Of a stretch of 64,000 bases of DNA, positions 57,301-64,000 are shown one piece after another (the first letter of the stretch is position 1; each line of letters starts with the position of its first letter). The stretch is taken from the NCBI RefSeq assembly GCF_009914755.1, contig NC_060939.1; one strand, written 5' to 3'. The DNA is from the human T2T-CHM13v2.0 reference genome, Homo sapiens. The notes below the pieces were generated by a model, which was not told the origin of the DNA, did no database searches, and saw nothing but the letters and a program-made list of their open reading frames with translations. The position numbers and the translations under genes are program-made.

Positions 57301-60300
57301 ATTCCACTCCAGTCCATTCCATTCGTGTCCATTCCATTCCAGTCCATTCCACTTGTGTCCACTGCATTCCATTCCACTCCATTCCATATTATTCCATTAC
57401 ACTCCATTCCATTCTATTACTTTCATTTCCATTCAATTCCATTCCATTTGATTCCATTCCACTCGGTTTCATTCCATTTGAGTCCACTCCATTCCATTCC
57501 ATTCCATTCCATTCAGTTCCATTCCATTCTGTTCCACTCCATTCCGTTCCATTACATTCCATTCCATTCGGTACCATTCCATATTGTTCCATTCGATTCC
57601 ATTCGAATCCATTCCATTCCAGTCCATTCCATTCGATTCCATTCCATTCATTTCAATTCCATTCCATTCCATTCCATTACATTCCACTTGATTCCTCTCC
57701 ATTCCCTTCCACTGCATTCCGTTCGATTCCATTCCATTGCATTGCATTCCATTCCATTGGATTGCATTCCTTTCGATTCCATTCCATTCGAATCAATTAC
57801 ATAGCAATCCATTACATTCGAGTCTATTCTCTTCCGTTCCATTCGATTTCGTTCCAATCCATTCGATTCCATTCCATTCGATTCCATTCCATACTATTGC
57901 ATTCCATTCGATTACATTATATTCGAATAAGTTCCATTCAAGACCATTTCTTTTGAGTCCATTCTATTTGAGTCCATTCCCTTTGATTCCATAACATTTG
58001 AGTCCATTCAATTCCATTCCTTTCGTTTCCATTCCATTTGATGCCATTCCATTCAATTCTGTTCTACTCGACTCCAATACATTCAATTCCATTCCATCCG
58101 ATTCCATTACATTCTTTTCATTTCTTATCCATTTCAAGCCATTCCACTCCATTCCATTCCACTCGTTTCCTTTCCATTCGAGTCCATTCCTCTCCAGTCC
58201 ATTCCGTTCAATCCATTCCATTCCAGTCCATTCCATTCGAGTCCGTTCCATTCCAGTCCATTCCATTCGAGTCAATTCCATTCCATTCGATGTCTTTCCA
58301 TAACGATCCATTCCATTCTATTCCTTTCGATTCCATTCCATTCTATTTCATTCCATTCGATTCCCTTCCATTGGACTCCTTTCCATTCGATTGCATTCCA
58401 TTCCGTTCCATTTCTTTCCGTTCTGTACGATTCCTACCGTTCGATTTCATTTTGTTCCAGTCCATTCCTTTCGCGTCCATTCCATTCCATTTCACTCCAT
58501 TCGATTCCATTCCACTCGATTCCACTTCGTTCCATTTCATTGCATTCCATTCTATTCAACTCTATTGCCTTCCATTCCATTCCATTCGATTACATTCCAT
58601 GCGATTCCATTCGAAATCGAATCAATTACATTGCAATCCATTACTATTGAGTCCGTTTTATTCCAGTCCACTGCATTCTGGTCCATTCCATTTGATTCCA
58701 TTCCATTCTATTCCATTCCATACAGTTGCATTCCATTGGATTCCATGCTATATCTATAAATTCAATTCGAGACCATTGCTTTTGAGTCCATTCTATATGA
58801 TTCCATTCCATTCAAGTCCATTACATTTGGTTCAATTCCATTCCATTCCATTCCGTTCCATTCCATTCCATTTGATATCAATCCATTCGATTCCATTCCA
58901 TTCGAGCACATTCCATTCGAGTCCATTCCATTCGATGCCATTCCATTTGATTCTATTCGATTAGTCTCCATTCAATTCCATTAATCTCCATTCCATTCCA
59001 TTCTACTCCAACTGATTCCATTCCATTCTATTCCTTTCCATTCCATTTCATTCCATTCCATTCCATTTCATTCCATTCCATTCCATTCGTGTCCATTCCA
59101 CTCCAGTCCATTCCATTCGTGTCCATTCCATTCCAGTCCATTCCATTTGTGTCCACTGCATTCCATTCCACTCCATTCCATATTATTCCATTACACTCCA
59201 TTCCATTCTATTACTTTCATTTCCATTCAATTCCATTCCATTTGATTCCATTCTACTCGGTTTCATTCCATTTGAGTCCACTCCATTCCATTCCATTCCA
59301 TTCCATTCAGTTCCATTCCATTCTGTTCCATTCCATTCCGTTCCATTACATTCCATTCCATTCGGTACCATTCCATATTGTTCCATTCGATTCCATTCGA
59401 ATCCATTCCATTCCAGTCCATTCCATTCGATTCCATTCCATTCATTTCAATTCCATTCCATTCCATTCCATTACATTCCACTTGATTCCTCTCCATTCCC
59501 TTCCACTGCATTCCGTTCGATTCCATTCCATTGCATTGCATTCCATTCCATTGGATTGCATTCCATTCGATTCCATTCCATTCGAATCAATTACATAGCA
59601 ATCCATTACATTCGAGTCTATTCTATTCCGTTCCATTCGATTTCGTTCCAATCCATTCGATTCCATTCCATTCGATTCCATTCCATACTATTGCATTCCA
59701 TTCGATTACATTATATTCGAATAAGTTCCATTCAAGACCATTTCTTTTGAGTCCATTCTATTTGAGTCCATTCCCTTTGATTCCATAACATTTGAGTCCA
59801 TTCAATTCCATTCCTTTCGTTTCCATTCCATTTGATGCCATTCCATTCAATTCTCTTCTACTCGACTCCAATACATTCAATTCCATTCCATCCGATTCCA
59901 TTACATTCTTTTCATTTCTTATCCATTTCAAGCCATTCCACTCCATTCCATTCCACTCGTTTCCTTTCCATTCGAGTCCATTCCTCTCCAGTCCATTCCG
60001 TTCAATCCATTCCATTGCAGTCCATTCCATTCGAGTCCGTTCCATTCCAGTCCATTCTATTCGAGTCAATTCCATTCCATTCGATGTCTTTCCATAACGA
60101 TCCATTCCATTCTATTCCTTTCGATTCCATTCCATTCTATTTCATTCCATTCGATTCCCTTCCATTGGACTCCTTTCCATTCGAGTGCATTCCATTCCTT
60201 TCCATTTCTTTCCGTTCTGTACGATTCCTACCGTTCGATTTCATTTTGTTCCAGTCCATTCCTTTCGCGTCCATTCCATTCCATTTCACTCCATTCGATT

Positions 60301-61418
60301 CCATTCCACTCGATTCCACTTCGTTCCATTTCATTGCATTCCATTCTATTCAACTCTATTGCCTTCCATTCCATTCCATTCGATTACATTCCATGCGATT
60401 CCATTCGAAATTGAATCAATTACATTGCAATCCATTACTATTGAGTCCGTTTTATTCCAGTCCACTGCATTCTGGTCCATTCCATTTGATTCCATTCCAT
60501 TCTATTCCATTCCATACAGTTGCATTCCATTGGATTCCATGCTATATCTATAAATTCAATTCGAGACCATTGCTTTTGAGTCCATTCTATATGATTCCAT
60601 TCCATTCAAGTCCATTACATTTGGTTCAATTCCATTCCATTCCATTCCCTTCCATTCCATTCCATTTGATATCAATCCATTCGATTCCATTCCATTCGAG
60701 CACATTCCATTCGAGTCCATTCCATTCGATGCCATTCCATTTGATTCTATTCCATTAGTCTCCATTCAATTCCATTAATCTCCATTCCATTCCATTCTAC
60801 TCCAACTGATTCCATTCCATTCTATTCCTTTCCATTCCATTTCATTCCATTCCATTCCATTGCATTCCATTCCATTCCATTCGTGTCCATTCCACTCCAG
60901 TCCATTCCATTCGTGTCCATTCCATTCCAGTCCATTCCACTTGTGTCCACTGCATTCCATTCCACTCCATTCCATATTATTCCATTACACTCCATTCCAT
61001 TCTATTACTTTCATTTCCATTCAATTCCATTCCATTTGATTCCATTCCACTCGGTTTCATTCCATTTGAGTCCACTCCATTCCATTCCATTCCATTCCAT
61101 TCAGTTCCATTCCATTCTGTTCCACTCCATTCCGTTCCATTACATTCCATTCCATTCGGTACCATTCCATATTGTTCCATTCGATTCCATTCGAATCCAT
61201 TCCATTCCAGTCCATTCCATTCGATTCCATTCCATTCATTTCAATTCCATTCCATTCCATTCCATTACATTCCACTTGATTCCTCTCCATTCCCTTCCAC
61301 TGCATTCCGTTCGATTCCATTCCATTGCATTGCATTCCATTCCATTGGATTGCATTCCTTTCGATTCCATTCCATTCGAATCAATTACATAGCAATCCAT
61401 TACATTCGAGTCTATTCT
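54335..61418 (+). repeat. 2-unit higher-order tandem duplication, period 3588 bp
   Basis: Variants seen only in this pair occur at +3588: CTATTCGATTAG (55371/58959), AATTCTCTTC (56267/59855), CATTGCAGTCC (56429/60017), CCACTTGTG (57352/60940), GTTCCACTCC (57537/61125). Confidence 0.92.
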
Positions 61419-64000
61419 ATTCCGTTCCATTCGATTTCGTTCCAATCCATTCGATTCCATTCCATTCGATTCCATTCCATACTATTGCATTCCATTCGAT
61501 TACATTATATTCGAATAAGTTCCATTCAAGACCATTTCTTTTGAGTCCATTCTATTTGAGTCCATTCCCTTTGATTCCATAACATTTGAGTCCATTCAAT
61601 TCCATTCCTTTCGTTTCCATTCCATTTGATGCCATTCCATTCAATTCTGTTCTACTCGACTCCAATACATTCAATTCCATTCCATCCGATTCCATTACAT
61701 TCTTTTCATTTCTTATCCATTTCAAGCCATTCCACTCCATTCCATTCCACTCGTTTCCTTTCCATTCGAGTCCATTCCTCTCCAGTCCATTCCGTTCAAT
61801 CCATTCCATTCCAGTCCATTCCATTCGAGTCCGTTCCATTCCAGTCCATTCCATTCGAGTCAATTCCATCCCATTCGATGTCTTTCCATAACGATCCATT
61901 CCATTCTATTCCTTTCGATTCCATTCCATTCTATTTCATTCCATTCGATTCCCTTCCATTGGACTCCTTTCCATTCGAGTGCATTCCATTCCGTTCCATT
62001 TCTTTCCGTTCTGTACGATTCCTACCGTTCGATTTCATTTTGTTCCAGTCCATTCCTTTCGCGTCCATTCCATTCCATTTCACTCCATTCGATTCCATTC
62101 CACTCGATTCCACTTCGTTCCATTTCATTGCATTCCATTCTATTCAACTCTATTGCCTTCCATTCCATTCCATTCGATTACATTCCATGCGATTCCATTC
62201 GAAATCGAATCAATTACATTGCAATCCATTACTATTGAGTCCGTTTTATTCCAGTCCACTGCATTCTGGTCCATTCCATTTGATTCCATTCCATTCTATT
62301 CCATTCCATACAGTTGCATTCCATTGGATTCCATGCTATATCTATAAATTCAATTCGAGACCATTGCTTTTGAGTCCATTCTATATGATTCCATTCCATT
62401 CAAGTCCATTACATTTGGTTCAATTCCATTCCATTCCATTCCCTTCCATTACATTCCATTTGATATCAATCCATTCGATTCCATTCCATTCGAGCACATT
62501 CCATTCGAGTCCATTCCATTCGATGCCATTCCATTTGATTCTATTCCATTAGTCTCCATTCAATTCCATTAATCTCCATTCCATTCCATTCTACTCCAAC
62601 TGATTCCATTCCATTCTATTCCTTTCCATTCCATTTCATTCCATTCCATTCCATTTCATTCCATTCCATTCCATTCGTGTCCATTCCACTCCAGTCCATT
62701 CCATTCGTGTCCATTCCATTCCAGTCCATTCCATTTGTGTCCACTGCATTCCATTCCACTCCATTCCATATTATTCCATTACACTCCATTCCATTCTATT
62801 ACTTTCATTTCCATTCAATTCCATTCCATTTGATTCCATTCCACTCGGTTTCATTCCATTTGAGTCCACTCCATTCCATTCCATTCCATTCCATTCAGTT
62901 CCATTCCATTCTGTTCCATTCCATTCCGTTCCATTACATTCCATTCCATTCGGTACCATTCCATATTGTTCCATTCGATTCCATTCGAATCCATTCCATT
63001 CCAGTCCATTCCAATCGATTCCATTCCATTCATTTCAATTCCATTCCATTCCATTCCATTACATTCCACTTGATTCCTCTCCATTCCCTTCCACTGCATT
63101 CCGTTCGATTCCATTCCATTGCATTGCATTCCATTCCATTGGATTGCATTCCATTCGATTCCATTCCATTCGAATCAATTACATAGCAATCCATTACTTT
63201 CGAGTCTATTCTATTCCGTTCCATTCGATTTCGTTCCAATCCATTCGACTCCATTCCATTCGATTCCATTCCATACTATTGCATTCCATTCGATTACATT
63301 ATATTCGAATAAGTTCCATTCAAGACCATTTCTTTTGAGTCCATTCTATTTGAGTCCATTCCCTTTGATTCCATAACATTTGAGTCCATTCAATTCCATT
63401 CCTTTCGTTTCCATTCCATTTGATGCCATTCCATTCAATTCTGTTCTACTCGACTCCAATACATTCAATTCCATTCCATCCGATTCCATTACATTCTTTT
63501 CATTTCTTATCCATTTCAAGCCATTCCACTCCATTCCATTCCACTCGTTTCCTTTCCATTCGCGTCCATTCCTCTCCAGTCCATTCCGTTCAATCCATTC
63601 CATTCCAGTCCATTCCATTCGAGTCCGTTCCATTCCAGTCCATTCCATTCGAGTCAATTCCATCCCATTCGATGTCTTTCCATAACGATCCATTCCATTC
63701 TATTCCTTTCGATTCCATTCCATTCTATTTCATTCCATTCGATTCCCTTCCATTGGACTCCTTTCCATTCGAGTGCATTCCATTCCGTTCCATTTCTTTC
63801 CGTTCTGTACGATTCCTACCGTTCGATTTCATTTTGTTCCAGTCCATTCCTTTCGCGTCCATTCCATTCCATTTCACTCCATTCGATTCCATTCCACTCG
63901 ATTCCACTTCGTTCCATTTCATTGCATTCCATTCTATTCAACTCTATTGCCTTCCATTCCATTCCATTCGATTACATTCCATGCGATTCCATTCGAAATC

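Larger units (their letters stand above)
1..64000 (+). repeat. Satellite III (HSat3) array of degenerate CATTC/GAATG pentamers, C/T-rich strand on +, no interruptions seen
   Basis: Every line consists of CATTC and its variants (GATTC, GAGTC, TATTC, CACTC, CAGTC). The same orientation holds throughout. ORF translations are HSIPF repeats on + and MEWNG repeats on -. Confidence 0.99.
1..64000 (+). repeat. ~1.8 kb tandem repeat unit, ~35.7 copies; probably D15Z1 (HSat3A5, chr15p)
   Basis: The anchor recurs at 694, 2488, 4287, 6080, 7879, 9672, 11446 ... 61626, 63420. The 35 spacings are 1794 x10, 1809 x9, 1774 x9, 1793 x4, 1799 x2 and 1769 x1. One KpnI site per unit (226-231, 2020-2025, ...). 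D15Z1 is known as a 1.8 kb KpnI satellite III repeat. The period is directly seen (very high confidence); the locus name is inferred. Confidence 0.8.

Noticed and set aside
1-64000. CRISPR-like repeat/spacer interpretation
   Set aside because: There are no unique spacers. All intervening sequence is itself repeated each 1.8 kb, and no cas genes or other real genes are present.
1-64000. Canonical heat-shock elements or a SatIII lncRNA call
   Set aside because: The GAA motifs are in direct repeat, and I saw no inverted nGAAnnTTCnnGAAn array. Stress-induced SatIII transcription is best established for 9q12 and cannot be inferred here.
1-64000. DYZ1, HSat2 or alpha-satellite assignment
   Set aside because: The basic period is 1.8 kb with near-identical neighbours, not 3.6 kb. 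Long CATTC runs dominate and HSat2-type ATGATG motifs were not seen. There is no 171 bp monomer.
1-64000. Embedded Alu/L1 insertion, inversion or unique island
   Set aside because: All 35 anchor spacings fall within 1769-1809 bp and are explained by small indels, leaving no room for an insertion. No switch to GGAAT on the + strand was seen.

Overview
The whole 64 kb window is one uninterrupted, single-orientation tandem array of degenerate (CATTC)n, i.e. human-type Satellite III (HSat3). It is organised as about 35.7 highly similar ~1.8 kb units (measured spacings 1769-1809 bp, modal 1794 bp), each apparently carrying one KpnI site (GGTACC) and one EcoRV site (GATATC). A 1.8 kb KpnI HSat3 unit matches the classical description of D15Z1 (HSat3A5, chromosome 15 short arm); this assignment is from recall and needs an alignment to confirm. 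I see no genes, RNA genes, transposon insertions, inversions or CRISPR arrays. All listed ORFs are HSIPF/MEWNG translations of the pentamer. I found no evidence of a new biological system in the sense of a gene cluster. The real structure lies in the variants: an ancient internal duplication in each unit (829 bp offset), nested higher-order duplications (2-unit 3592 and 3588 bp, 4-unit 7131 and 7205 bp, and a decayed 7-unit ~12.6 kb period), linked indel haplotypes, chimeric units, and a turnover of haplotypes near 29-31 kb. Units are numbered U1-U36 by the recurring GATGCC-containing anchor where the 'MMPFHS' ORF starts (694, 2488, 4287 ... 63420). Variant surveys were done by eye and are not exhaustive.
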